Shown here: positions 18,187 through 28,320 of the stretch, piece after piece
Position numbering within the stretch: the first letter of the stretch is position 1
Layout of the letters: each line of letters starts with the position of its first letter
NCBI GenBank assembly: GCA_947461795.1
Contig: CANHMG010000001.1
Coordinates: 2,831 to 66,830 of the forward strand
Origin: Flavobacteriaceae bacterium
GTDB taxonomy: Bacteria; Bacteroidota; Bacteroidia; Flavobacteriales; Flavobacteriaceae
Reading direction: 5' to 3'
DNA: 64,000 nt
Translations under genes and position numbers: made by a program
The notes under the pieces: generated by a model
Told to the model about the DNA's origin: nothing
The model's database searches: none
Seen by the model: the letters and a program-made list of their open reading frames with translations, nothing else

Positions 18187-19235
18187 AATTCTAATAACAC
18201 TTTTTGAGCTGAAAACCCTGGTCCAAAACTCAACATCAAACCTTTTTCACCGGTTTTGGGTTGGGTTTTCATGATACTTTCTAAAACATATAAGACTGTC
18301 GCGCTCGACATATTGCCGTATAAACGTAATATTTCTTTGGTTGCATCAATATTTTTACCTAATCCTAAAAACAATTCCTCCACAGTTTGTATTATTTTCT
18401 TGCCACCAGGATGAAAAATTAAATGATCAATTATTTCAATTGATAAATTATTTTTAGCTAAAAAAGGATGAATAATATTCGGAAAATGGGAAGCAATTGT
18501 CTCAGGAACTTCAATATCCAAAACCATTTGCAATCCTGAATTCGTGAGTTTGAAGCCCATCATATGTTCATTATCATAGAAGTGATACATTTCATCATCA
18601 AGTATTTTCGGGCCAACGGCTTCTCCTTCTGAAGATAGTAAAACGCACGCTGCGCCATCACCGAAAATTGCTACACTAACAATGTTTGCCATCGAAAAAT
18701 CATTGAATTGAAATGTAGCCGTTGGTGACTCAACTGCAACAACTGCTGCTCGTTTTCCTGGATTGGCTTTCAAGAAATTTCTAGCGTAAATGATACCTGA
18801 GATTCCAGCGGCACAGCCCATTTCTGTTACCGGCAATCGCACTATATCTTGCTTCATTTCGAGCTTATTAATCAGATAAGCATCTAAGGATGGAATCATG
18901 ATTCCGGTGCAACTTACCGTAATAATAAAGTCGACGTCTTCTGCTTTCCAGTTTGCTTTGGATAATGCTTTTTTCAGTACTTTTTCACCCAAATCAATGA
19001 CTTCGCGGATATAGATGTTATTCTTATCTTCAAAAGAAGTTACTGTAAAAACTTCTAGAGGATCCATAATTGAATATCTTTTATCAACCGCCGCATTCTC
19101 AAAGATCTTCTTGACTTTTCGTATAAAACGCTCCTCCTGCCCGACCAGCCACATATCTAAAAACGGAATGATTTCCTCGGTATTCCGAGAATATTTGGGC
19201 AATTGGGTAGCGACCGTTGTTATTTTGACACTCAT
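18183..19235 (-). CDS. Type III polyketide synthase
   Basis: Cys-His-Asn triad (MGCAAG, FHPGG, GNMSS), FGDGAA, FGPGF. Confidence 0.92.
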   Translation of the reverse strand: MSVKITTVATQLPKYSRNTEEIIPFLDMWLVGQEERFIRKVKKIFENAAVDKRYSIMDPLEVFTVTSFEDKNNIYIREVIDLGEKVLKKALSKANWKAEDVDFIITVSCTGIMIPSLDAYLINKLEMKQDIVRLPVTEMGCAAGISGIIYARNFLKANPGKRAAVVAVESPTATFQFNDFSMANIVSVAIFGDGAACVLLSSEGEAVGPKILDDEMYHFYDNEHMMGFKLTNSGLQMVLDIEVPETIASHFPNIIHPFLAKNNLSIEIIDHLIFHPGGKKIIQTVEELFLGLGKNIDATKEILRLYGNMSSATVLYVLESIMKTQPKTGEKGLMLSFGPGFSAQKVLLEF

Positions 19236-19945
19236 AATTTAGTAATAATCCATTGATACCGAAAAGCCCATTTCCATTTTACTGATGAACTTGAGTTTCG
19301 CAATTTTCTAGAAAAACTGATAAGTTCTTCTTTTTTAAATCCTCTTAATATTGATGTTAATCCGTCTTTTCTAGACATCTCGTTTAAATTAAAAACCATG
19401 GCTATCATTTGAAACAATCGATAAGCAATTTTACTTCGATGCAGATCATTTACTACTATTCCTATCCTAGCATTTCTTTCTAAATTTTCAATAATCCGAA
19501 TGATGTCATTGTCTTTGAAATGATGTAAAGTCAAAGTGCAAAGCGCAATATCAAAATTAATATTCTCGAAATTAGTTTCAAAAATATCTTCTGAAAGATA
19601 CTCGATATTTGGATACTTGATAGAAGAATTAATTGCATAATTCACAGTAAATTGATTCGCATCAATTCCAACTAATTTAAATCTCCGTTGGTTTCTTGCA
19701 GCATAGTCCGCTAGTGTTCTAAGCATATCTCCATTACCACAACCCAAATCGACAATAGTAATCAATTGCGTTTTTGGAATTTTAACAATTAACTTCTTCA
19801 CACCATTCAATGTCAATGCATTACCTCCTAAAAACTGATTAATTTTCGCGATTTTGTCTAGAGCATCTGTCAAGTGTTCTCCTTCTAGGGAAAAATCATC
19901 CATGATTTCTGGATCAGCAGTTCTGAATTTTGTACTTAACTTCAT
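19232..19945 (-). CDS. SAM-dependent methyltransferase
   Basis: EIMDD, VDLGCGNGD, LTLHHF, NDLHR. Confidence 0.88.
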   Translation of the reverse strand: MKLSTKFRTADPEIMDDFSLEGEHLTDALDKIAKINQFLGGNALTLNGVKKLIVKIPKTQLITIVDLGCGNGDMLRTLADYAARNQRRFKLVGIDANQFTVNYAINSSIKYPNIEYLSEDIFETNFENINFDIALCTLTLHHFKDNDIIRIIENLERNARIGIVVNDLHRSKIAYRLFQMIAMVFNLNEMSRKDGLTSILRGFKKEELISFSRKLRNSSSSVKWKWAFRYQWIITKL

Positions 19946-21078
19946 GATCCTTTAACTTTAATTGTTTTACCGTGCGTGCTCTTGATTATCGTCGAGAGCA
20001 AAAAAGGAAATGATATTACAAGTCTTAGAACTAATTGGGAAAGTTTCGGCCTTTGTAATAATTTACCTAACCAACGCCCCGCCGTGATTCTTTTTCTAAA
20101 ATGCCGATTCCATGCTTGCTTGTACTTTTCTTCTAATTCGCTTCTCGTTGCATTTGTTTTCACAAAATAATCATCCATCAGTTCACAGGCAATCTTAGCA
20201 CTGTGTATAGCCATCGCCATACCGTTTCCACACAACGGATGAATTAACCCAGCACTATCACCAATCATAATAATGTGTTGTTCTACTGGATTTTTTTTCT
20301 CAAAAGAAATTTGACTGATGGTTAACGGTTTTTCAAATACCGGGGCGGCTTTTTCTAGTATTTCTTTCAAAAAGGGATTATTTGCAACCACATTTGCTTC
20401 ATACATTTCGATGTTCTTGTAGTTGCTGAAAGTCTCATAATCTGCCAAATAGCAAATATTCACGATATTGTCCTCCACTTTAGAAACTCCGCAATAACCA
20501 CCTTTGAAATGATGTAAACCCACTAAATCATCTGGATAGTCAACTTTATAATGCGCTTTTACTGCTAACCAAGGGGATTTTTTCTGAATAAAATTTCGTT
20601 CTAGTTTCTGATCTAAATTAGATCGCTTTCCAAAGGCACCAAAAACAAAATCTGCTTTTATGATTTGACTATTTGCAAGCAGCACTGAAAAAATGTCTTG
20701 ATCATAGTGTATCGCAGTGACCGTTTCATGAATAACGGAGCAGCGGTTTTCAATTGCTTTTTGATATAAAAAGAAATCTAAACTAAACCTACTAATCCCA
20801 AAGCCACCCAATGGTAGTTTTGTTTGGACAGAAGTTCCATTATCCGTGGAAAAATGCAAACTTTCAATTTTTGAAGGATTCAGAACACTAGGATTAACGT
20901 CTAACCAATTTAAATAAGGTAGCACTTCATTCGAAACATATTCGCCGCAAACTTTGTGCTTTGGGTAACTATTTTTCTCAATCAAAGTGACCATATATCC
21001 AATTTTTGACAAATGAATAGCTGCTGTAAGACCAGCAAGTCCTCCACCAACGATAACTATTTTTGCTTTTTCCTCCAT
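19942..21078 (-). CDS. FAD-dependent oxidoreductase/monooxygenase
   Basis: GGGLAG, HKVCGEY, GDSAGLIHPLCGNGM. Confidence 0.88.
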   Translation of the reverse strand: MEEKAKIVIVGGGLAGLTAAIHLSKIGYMVTLIEKNSYPKHKVCGEYVSNEVLPYLNWLDVNPSVLNPSKIESLHFSTDNGTSVQTKLPLGGFGISRFSLDFFLYQKAIENRCSVIHETVTAIHYDQDIFSVLLANSQIIKADFVFGAFGKRSNLDQKLERNFIQKKSPWLAVKAHYKVDYPDDLVGLHHFKGGYCGVSKVEDNIVNICYLADYETFSNYKNIEMYEANVVANNPFLKEILEKAAPVFEKPLTISQISFEKKNPVEQHIIMIGDSAGLIHPLCGNGMAMAIHSAKIACELMDDYFVKTNATRSELEEKYKQAWNRHFRKRITAGRWLGKLLQRPKLSQLVLRLVISFPFLLSTIIKSTHGKTIKVKGS

Positions 21079-21158
21079 GGATAAGTAAAACTATGCAATT
21101 TACTTTCAGTGCAAGATTAATCAAGCGTTAAAAATTTATATAATTCACAGATAATGAA

Positions 21159-21218
21159 CTACCACAGATTCGCAGATTTTACGCATTAACGTAAAAAGAA
21201 TCTAGGAATCTGCGGTAG
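21159..21218. repeat. Imperfect palindrome (REP-like)
   Basis: CTACCACAGATTC...GAATCTGCGGTAG outer arms with a further internal stem. Confidence 0.55.
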
Positions 21219-21258
21219 AATATTGTATTTGAAATCATGAGTTTATGATGTAACTACT

Positions 21259-21393
21259 GCCCTAGCCCTGATTACCTCACCGGGCAAATATTATTTTGTA
21301 CGTGTTCGGTGAATGCTATGCATTTGTAGCGGTATCCTTTTGCCAGCTTCTTTAGACGGGAAAAGATTTAGCGGATAGCAGGAATGGCTTCTA
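21259..21393 (+). repeat. Structured intergenic repeat copy A (Flavo-1-like) with a 52-bp insertion
   Basis: GCCCTAGCCCTGAT-[insert]-TGTAGCGGTATCCTTTT...AAAAGATTTAGCGGATAGCAGGAATGGCTTCTA; homologous to copies at 32448, 45294 and 55941. Confidence 0.75.
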
Positions 21394-21410
21394 ACCCACA
21401 ATCGACAACG

Positions 21411-23318
21411 TTATAGCTTTCCTTCTTTAATTTCATCCACAATTTCTGGATTTAAAAGTGTAGAAATATCACCAAAATTCGAAAAATCACCCTCGGCAAT
21501 TTTTCGTAGTATACGTCGCATAATTTTCCCTGATCGTGTTTTAGGCAATCCCGAAACAAATTGAATTTTATCCAACTTGGCTATAGGTCCAATTTGATCA
21601 GATATCAATTGATTGATTTCAATAGACAAGTTTTTACGATCTCTGCTTTCCCCAATTTCTTTCAAAATAATATAGCCATACAAAGCATTGCCTTTGATGT
21701 CATGCGGAAAACCTACAATGGCACTTTCTGCAACAGCTGGATGTTCGTTAATGGCGTCTTCAATAGGTGCTGTTCCTAAATTATGACCGGAAACAATAAC
21801 AATATCGTCCACACGACCTGTGATTCTATAATATCCGACTTCATCTCTCAAGGCACCATCACCAGTAAAATATTTGCCAGGAAATGTAGAAAAATAAGTG
21901 TCTTTATACCTTTGATGATCTCCCCAAATGGTCCGAGCAATTGCTGGCCAAGGGAATTTGATACATAAACTTCCAGCGACTTGATTGCCTTCAATTTCAT
22001 TGCGTTTTTCGTCCATCAAAACCGGTTGGATTCCAGGCAATGGCAATGAGGCATACGTTGGTTTTGTTGGAGTTACGAATGCAATCGGAGAAATTAGAAT
22101 ACCGCCAGTTTCGGTTTGCCACCAAGTATCTACTAGTGGACAGCGTTTCCCTCCTACGTGATCGTTATACCAATGCCAAGCTTCTTCGTTGATGGGTTCA
22201 CCAACTGAGCCGATGACTTTGAGTGATTTTAAAGGAAATCTCTGCACATAATCTAAACTTTCTTTTGCCAAGGCACGGATAGCCGTTGGTGCCGTGTAGA
22301 ATTGCGTAATTTTATGCTTTTCGATTACTTCCCAAAATCGACTAAAATCTGGATAGGAAGGTACACCTTCAAACATAACCGTAGTAGCTCCATTTAATAA
22401 AGGTCCGTAAAGTATATAGGAATGACCCGTAATCCATCCGATGTCGGCAGTGCACCAAAAAATATCGTTTTCCTCGTAGTTAAAGACATTTTTAAAAGTA
22501 TAAGCAGTATACACCATATAACCTGCAGTGGTGTGCACCATACCTTTTGGTTTACCCGTTGAACCGGAAGTATATAAAATAAACAACGGATCTTCTGCAT
22601 CCATGATTTCAGCCACATTGTTGTCTGAAGCTGCATCTATTAAAGGTTGAAGCCATTGATCTCGACCTACTTTCATATTAATTGAAGTATTGGTTCTTTT
22701 AGCTACCAAAACTGTTTTAACACAAGGGCATTTTTCAAGCGCTTCGTCTACAATTCCTTTTAAATCGATGGATTTATTCCCACGATAACCGCCATCAGAG
22801 GTAATCACCATCTTACATTCGCTATCATTAATTCTTGAAGCTACTGCTGAAGCTGAAAAACCTGCAAAAACTACAGAATGAATGGCTCCTATTCTTGCAC
22901 ATGCCAAAACTGAAACCGCCAATTCAGGGATCATTGGTAAATAAATACATACTCGATCTCCTTTTTGAATGCCTTGTTCTCTTAAAACATTGGCTAATTT
23001 TGACACACGTTGATGCAATTCATTATACGTGATATGTTGTGCTTCTTCTTTTGGATCGTTTGGTTCGAAAATAATTGCCGTTTTAGTACCACGTCGCGCT
23101 AAATGACGATCAATACAATTTTTAACAATGTTGACTTTAGCTTCAGTAAACCATTTGATTTCCGCTTCCGCCATATTAAAATCTATGACTTTATCCCATT
23201 GTTGGTACCAGATAAAGTTTTCTTCAGCAATCTTCCCCCAGAATTTTCTAGGTTCGCGAATTGATTTGTTATAATGTTTGAAATATTGTTCTAAAGAACT
23301 GATTTTATAGTAACTCAT
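21411..23318 (-). CDS. acs: Acetyl-CoA synthetase
   Basis: YTSGSTGKPKG, DTWWQTETG, PKTRSGKIMRRILRK. Confidence 0.95.
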   Translation of the reverse strand: MSYYKISSLEQYFKHYNKSIREPRKFWGKIAEENFIWYQQWDKVIDFNMAEAEIKWFTEAKVNIVKNCIDRHLARRGTKTAIIFEPNDPKEEAQHITYNELHQRVSKLANVLREQGIQKGDRVCIYLPMIPELAVSVLACARIGAIHSVVFAGFSASAVASRINDSECKMVITSDGGYRGNKSIDLKGIVDEALEKCPCVKTVLVAKRTNTSINMKVGRDQWLQPLIDAASDNNVAEIMDAEDPLFILYTSGSTGKPKGMVHTTAGYMVYTAYTFKNVFNYEENDIFWCTADIGWITGHSYILYGPLLNGATTVMFEGVPSYPDFSRFWEVIEKHKITQFYTAPTAIRALAKESLDYVQRFPLKSLKVIGSVGEPINEEAWHWYNDHVGGKRCPLVDTWWQTETGGILISPIAFVTPTKPTYASLPLPGIQPVLMDEKRNEIEGNQVAGSLCIKFPWPAIARTIWGDHQRYKDTYFSTFPGKYFTGDGALRDEVGYYRITGRVDDIVIVSGHNLGTAPIEDAINEHPAVAESAIVGFPHDIKGNALYGYIILKEIGESRDRKNLSIEINQLISDQIGPIAKLDKIQFVSGLPKTRSGKIMRRILRKIAEGDFSNFGDISTLLNPEIVDEIKEGKL

Positions 23319-23363
23319 TTTTAAATTTGGTTTATGTAAAAATAGGTATTTGATTTCGTATAT

Positions 23364-23591
23364 CTATCGTTTTTCGTTATCGTATTCTCCCATTAATGCA
23401 TAATAGCCAAAAGTTCCTAATCCAGTAACAATTAAAGGTGTTAGTATAAATAAAATAATGACCCCAAAAACTAAATCATCTTGTTTTCCCGATAGTATTT
23501 TCGGCAATCCAAATTGAAAAATACAGAAGTAACCAGCAGCTATTGCTAGTCCAATCCATATCATACCTAAAACTCTTTTTAATTGTTTCAT
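23364..23591 (-). CDS. Small two-TM membrane protein (DUF6814-like) between the MFS gene and acs
   Basis: Two hydrophobic helices, FGYYALMGEYD end; probable start MKQLKR. Confidence 0.7.
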   Translation of the reverse strand: MKQLKRVLGMIWIGLAIAAGYFCIFQFGLPKILSGKQDDLVFGVIILFILTPLIVTGLGTFGYYALMGEYDNEKR

Positions 23592-23629
23592 TTGTTTGTA
23601 TTTATTGTATTTAATGGTCAAATGTAATT

Positions 23630-23658
23630 GCTTCGCCTATTCGCAAGCTCGGGTCGCA
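23630..23658 (+). repeat. Small REP-like hairpin (GCTTCGCC..TTCGC..GCTCGGGTC)
   Basis: GC-rich intergenic island resembling the reverse complement of 33600-33630 and the interior of the 55941 repeat. Confidence 0.45.
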
Positions 23659-23715
23659 TATCATCGTAGGTTTTTGAGACCAATTTTAAGTAAAGCTCAT
23701 TTCATCTTCTGTTCT

Positions 23716-25251
23716 TTAGAGATGTTTATTTTTATTGTTATTTTGAATATAAATCATTCCAATTGCGAAACATACCGAAGCAACCACAATAGGATACCAC
23801 AATCCTTCTAAATAAAATTCAGGATCACCTGTATCTTTAGCATGTGTTACGAAATAGGTTGAAATCGCCGGAAGCAAGCCTCCGAATATTCCGTTCCCCA
23901 CGTGATAAGGCAATGACATGGATGTGTATCGTATTTTGACTGGAAACATTTCTACGAGAAAAGCTGCAATGGGTCCGTATACCATTGTCACAAAAATCAC
24001 TTGAATGAATATTAAAAAAATCAACATCCAATTGTCATTTGAATTAATCGTAACTGTAGTTTTAGATTCAGTTTTAGGCTTTCCGTCAACGATTTGTACT
24101 TTCCCATTTTCTAAACTAAAGGTTTGGATTACCAATAATTTTGTTCCGTCAGTATACGATTTTGTTGTCGTTTGAATGGAATCTAAAACATGTTTTTTAT
24201 TTTCTTTTAATTCTGAAAGGAAAGTTGTTTGAGCTACAATTTCTGTTTTCTTTTCAACATTGGTTGTACTATACATCGATTTGTAAATCGGTCGATAAAG
24301 TAAAATAGCCAACAACATTCCACCCATCATAATGTATTTTCTTCCCACTTTATCACTCAGCCAACCAAAAAAGATAAAGAATGGAGTTCCTAATAATAAA
24401 GCAATTCCTAATAAAGTATCCACTTGTGAAGAATCAATATTCATGACTGTTTTCATGAAATTCATTGCATAAAACTGCCCTGTATACCATACTACTCCTT
24501 GACCCATTGTGGCTCCAAACAAAGCGAGTAATACAAATTTCAAATTATATTTATTTCCAAAACTTTCTTTTATTGGATTAGTGCTCGTTTTTCCTTCCGA
24601 CTTTGCTTTTGCAAATACAGGTGATTCGTCCATGTTTTTACGAATTAAATAGGAAACAAAAACCATTACAATGGATACCCAAAACGGAACGCGCCAACCC
24701 CAATCATCAAATTGTTCGGGTGTTAATACATTTTTTGTAGCAAGAATAACCATCAATGAAATAAACAAACCAATTGTGGCTGTTGTTTGAATCCAGGATG
24801 TCCAATACCCGCGTTGACCAACTGGTGCATGTTCTGCAACATAAGTAGCCGCACCTCCATATTCTCCGCCAAGCGCTAAACCTTGCAATAATCGTAATAT
24901 CAGAACAAGTAAAGGAGCCATAAACCCTATAGTTTCGTAACTGGGGATACATCCAATCAGAAAAGTGGCACCACCCATGAGTAAAAGTGTCACCATAAAA
25001 GTGTATTTTCTTCCAATCAAATCTCCCAATCTACCGAAGAAAAGAGCGCCGAATGGACGAACAACAAAACCAGCAGCAAAGGTTGCTAACGTAGATAAAA
25101 AAGCAGCTGTTGGATTGTCTGACGGAAAAAATTTAGTAGAAATCACAACGGCCAAACTTCCAAAAATATAGAAATCATACCATTCAATCATCGTTCCCAT
25201 CGAGGAAGCTGAGATTACTTTCCAAATTCCTTTGGTGTTTTTAGTTGACAT
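23716..25251 (-). CDS. MFS transporter, metabolite:H+ symporter family
   Basis: GTMIEWYDF, GRLGDLIGRK, QGLALGGEYGG, WGWRVPF. Confidence 0.92.
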   Translation of the reverse strand: MSTKNTKGIWKVISASSMGTMIEWYDFYIFGSLAVVISTKFFPSDNPTAAFLSTLATFAAGFVVRPFGALFFGRLGDLIGRKYTFMVTLLLMGGATFLIGCIPSYETIGFMAPLLVLILRLLQGLALGGEYGGAATYVAEHAPVGQRGYWTSWIQTTATIGLFISLMVILATKNVLTPEQFDDWGWRVPFWVSIVMVFVSYLIRKNMDESPVFAKAKSEGKTSTNPIKESFGNKYNLKFVLLALFGATMGQGVVWYTGQFYAMNFMKTVMNIDSSQVDTLLGIALLLGTPFFIFFGWLSDKVGRKYIMMGGMLLAILLYRPIYKSMYSTTNVEKKTEIVAQTTFLSELKENKKHVLDSIQTTTKSYTDGTKLLVIQTFSLENGKVQIVDGKPKTESKTTVTINSNDNWMLIFLIFIQVIFVTMVYGPIAAFLVEMFPVKIRYTSMSLPYHVGNGIFGGLLPAISTYFVTHAKDTGDPEFYLEGLWYPIVVASVCFAIGMIYIQNNNKNKHL

Positions 25252-25375
25252 AGACTTATGTTTATAGTCGAAAAATAGTAATTATTTACTTAGTTTAAGA
25301 CTTTTCAGAATTATTTCGACAACACTATCCATTTTATCGATAATTTCACTTATTTTGTATAAATTAATTATCAAA

Positions 25376-25981
25376 ATGCAATTCGACCCTCAAGAAATAG
25401 AACAAAAAGCAATCTACAAATTACTATCTGGAATTGTTATTCCAAGGCCAATAGGTTGGATTTCCAGTATTAGTGAAGAGGGAATTACTAACCTTGCTCC
25501 TTTTTCTTTTTTTAATGCTGTTGGAGATGATCCGCCACATGTAATGTTTTCTGCTGGTCGCGGCGCAACTTCCAATCAAGATACTTTAAATAATGTTTTA
25601 AATACCAAACAATTTGTAGTCAATATGGTGACAGAAGAATTGGTAGAACAAATGAATAAAACCGCCCAAGGTATTCCACCTCACGAAAGTGAGTTTGAAT
25701 TTGCGAATCTTACTCCAATTCCATCTATTAAAATAAAACCTCCTCGAGTTAAAGAAAGTCCAATTACGATGGAATGCGAATTAGTGCATTATTATACACT
25801 TGAAGATCATAAATTTGGTGGTTCTACAATATTAGTTGGTCGTATTGTACTCTTTCACGTGGCTGATAATATGTTGCTTGAAGGTCATAAAATAAATCAA
25901 GAGAATTATCAACCTATATCCAGATTGGCAGGCTCTAATTATTCTAAAATTGGGGAAATATTCTCAGTAAAAAGAAATTAA
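25376..25981 (+). CDS. Flavin reductase family protein
   Basis: VIPRPIGWISS, NLAPFSFFN, RLAGSNY. Confidence 0.88.
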   Translation: MQFDPQEIEQKAIYKLLSGIVIPRPIGWISSISEEGITNLAPFSFFNAVGDDPPHVMFSAGRGATSNQDTLNNVLNTKQFVVNMVTEELVEQMNKTAQGIPPHESEFEFANLTPIPSIKIKPPRVKESPITMECELVHYYTLEDHKFGGSTILVGRIVLFHVADNMLLEGHKINQENYQPISRLAGSNYSKIGEIFSVKRN

Positions 25982-25982
25982 A

Positions 25983-28286
25983 ATGAAAATATCAGTAATC
26001 GGTGGCGGTCCAGGTGGTTTGTATTTTTCAATTCTATTGAAAAAAGCCATCCCAACTTGCGAAATAGATATCTACGAACGCAACAAGGCTGACGATAGTT
26101 TTGGCTTTGGCGTTGTTTTTTCTGACGAAACTTTAAGTGAATTTCTCTCTCGAGATCCTAAATCCTACGAATTGATTCGAAGTAAATTTGCCTATTGGGA
26201 TGATCTAGATGTCGCTCGTGACGGCGAAGTGGTTCGAATATCAGGAAACGGATTTTGTGGTTGTTCTAGAAAGACACTTTTGCAATTGTTGCAACAACGT
26301 TGTATTGAAGAAGGTGTTAATCTTCACTTTGAATCGAATGTCGACGATTTGACTCCATTTAAAGATTCCGATTATATCATTGCTTGTGATGGAATTAATA
26401 GCCCCATTCGAGATAAATATGCCAAAGAATTCGGGACTAAAATGTCGCTTCAAAAAAATAAATTTGTCTGGTTGGGATCTACAAAACCATTAGATGCGTT
26501 TACCTATTTCTTCAAGAATACCATTCACGGTGCTTTTGTTGCACATTCGTATCAATATGAAGAAGGAAAAAGCACTTGGATTTTCGAATGTTCTGAAAAT
26601 ACTTATATCAATGCGGATTTCGAAACTACTGATGAAAAAGACACGATCAACAAATTGTCTGAGCTTTTTGCTGAAGAATTAGACGGTCATCCCTTGATTT
26701 CAAACAAATCACACTGGCGTCAATTTCCTCATGTTACTAACGAAAAATGGTATAAAGGCAATATCGTTCTTTTAGGTGACGCCAAGGCAACTGCCCACTA
26801 CTCTATCGGTTCGGGAACCAAACTGGCGATGGAATGTGCGATTGGATTGGCGGATGCTATCATCGAATTTAAATCCAACAAAGCAAAAGTATTTGCTCAA
26901 TATGAAAAGCTACGCCGAAACCGTGTGGAGATGATTCAACATGCAGCCAATGTTTCTTTAGATTGGTTTGAAAATATGGATCGCCATATCCATCATGATT
27001 TTATGCAATTTGCCTTTGGTGTGATGACGCGTTCTAAGAAAGTTACGTATGAAAATTTAGCACTGCGAGATGCTTCATTCACGGACAAAGTCTTAACGGA
27101 ATTCAATTGCAGTATCGGTAATTTTAAAGTAAAAACACCAGCCGCTTTCACGCCCTTTGCACTTCGAGATATGCGTTTAATTAATCGAATTGTGATGTCT
27201 CCTATGGGTCAATATGCTGCTGAAAATGGGTTGGTTTCTAATTGGCATTTGGTGCATTATGGTGCGCGAGCAACTGGTGGCGTTGGCTTGATTTTGACGG
27301 AAATGACCGCCGTCTCAAATACAGGTCGAATCACTTTAGGTTGTGCCGGAATTTGGACTGAAGAACAAGCACTTAAATGGAAAAAAGTTGTCAATTATGT
27401 ACACAAATATAGCAAGTCCAAAATCGGAATTCAGTTGGGTCATTCGGGTCGAAAAGGTTCGATTAATGTTCCTTCTGTAGGTAAAGACATTCCACTTGCT
27501 AAGCGAGGTTGGGATTTGATTTCTGCGTCGCCAATTCCTTTCAATTCGGCTATGGCAACTCCAAAGGAAATGACCCTTTCCGATATGGATACTATGATTT
27601 CTGAATTTGTGAACGCTACAATTAATGCAGACGAAGTTGGTTTTGATATGATCGAATTGCAAGCACATCACGGATTTCTATTGGCCTCGTTTCTATCTCC
27701 ATTAACAAACATTCGAACGGATGAATTTGGAGGCAGTATTCAAAACCGAATGAAGTTTCCTTTGCAAGTATTTCAGTCGATGCGCGAAGTTTTTACCGAA
27801 ACCAAACCAATGTCGGTTCGAATTTCAGCTTCAGACTGGGTGGAAGATGGTATTTCTGAGGAAGATGTAAAATTCATTTGTAATGCTTTTAAAGAAGTAG
27901 GAGCTGACATCATCAATGTATCGACCGGAAATACAGTCGAAAATCAACAACCGCAAGTAGGCCGCATGTGGCAAACGCCATTTTCAGATTTGGTTCGAAA
28001 TATCGTTCACATTCCAACAATAACAACAGGTTACATTCAAAATATAGATCAAATTAACACCATACTTTTGAATGGCAGAGCTGATTTGGTAGCCTTAGGG
28101 CGGCCGCTACTTCTTGATCCAAATTTTGTACGCCATGCTGAAGCACACGAGCAATTCCAACCTTCAGATATTCCAAATCAATATATAGCTGGAGTATCTC
28201 ATCTGTTTCCGTACGAAGCCGCCGAAAGAAAAGCTGTGGAAGGTATGAGGAAAGCATTAAAACCAGAAAGTCATAAAACAAAGTAA
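25983..28286 (+). CDS. abmA: Anthraniloyl-CoA monooxygenase / salicylyl-CoA 5-hydroxylase-like bifunctional flavoprotein (FAD monooxygenase + OYE domain)
   Basis: GGGPGG, FGFGVVFSD, GDA.ATAHYSIGSGTKLA; OYE domain NRIVMSPM and RTDEFGGS. Confidence 0.82.
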   Translation: MKISVIGGGPGGLYFSILLKKAIPTCEIDIYERNKADDSFGFGVVFSDETLSEFLSRDPKSYELIRSKFAYWDDLDVARDGEVVRISGNGFCGCSRKTLLQLLQQRCIEEGVNLHFESNVDDLTPFKDSDYIIACDGINSPIRDKYAKEFGTKMSLQKNKFVWLGSTKPLDAFTYFFKNTIHGAFVAHSYQYEEGKSTWIFECSENTYINADFETTDEKDTINKLSELFAEELDGHPLISNKSHWRQFPHVTNEKWYKGNIVLLGDAKATAHYSIGSGTKLAMECAIGLADAIIEFKSNKAKVFAQYEKLRRNRVEMIQHAANVSLDWFENMDRHIHHDFMQFAFGVMTRSKKVTYENLALRDASFTDKVLTEFNCSIGNFKVKTPAAFTPFALRDMRLINRIVMSPMGQYAAENGLVSNWHLVHYGARATGGVGLILTEMTAVSNTGRITLGCAGIWTEEQALKWKKVVNYVHKYSKSKIGIQLGHSGRKGSINVPSVGKDIPLAKRGWDLISASPIPFNSAMATPKEMTLSDMDTMISEFVNATINADEVGFDMIELQAHHGFLLASFLSPLTNIRTDEFGGSIQNRMKFPLQVFQSMREVFTETKPMSVRISASDWVEDGISEEDVKFICNAFKEVGADIINVSTGNTVENQQPQVGRMWQTPFSDLVRNIVHIPTITTGYIQNIDQINTILLNGRADLVALGRPLLLDPNFVRHAEAHEQFQPSDIPNQYIAGVSHLFPYEAAERKAVEGMRKALKPESHKTK

Positions 28287-28293
28287 ACTAAAA

Positions 28294-28317
28294 TTTGCGT
28301 CTTTGCGCCTTTGCGAG
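28294..28317 (+). repeat. Three 8-bp tandem units TTTGCGNN
   Basis: TTTGCGTC-TTTGCGCC-TTTGCGAG; a similar array lies at 32567-32590. Confidence 0.6.
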
Positions 28318-28320
28318 AAA

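Noticed and set aside
15719-21078. Flexirubin/aryl polyene cluster assignment
   Set aside because: No DarA/DarB, no KS-CLF pair and no ammonia lyase; the core enzyme is a type III PKS
21259-21393. Riboswitch or tRNA interpretation of the structured region upstream of the PKS operon
   Set aside because: Matches a dispersed repeat family found 3' of unrelated genes; no tRNA T-loop/CCA or recognisable aptamer consensus
23596-23811. 71-aa plus-strand ORF
   Set aside because: Antisense to the MFS 3' end and crosses a REP-like hairpin; no coding signal
25314-25340. TTTCGACAA/TTTTATCGA as another copy of the TTCATCGA motif
   Set aside because: Poor match and different spacing; may be a local operator but cannot be supported
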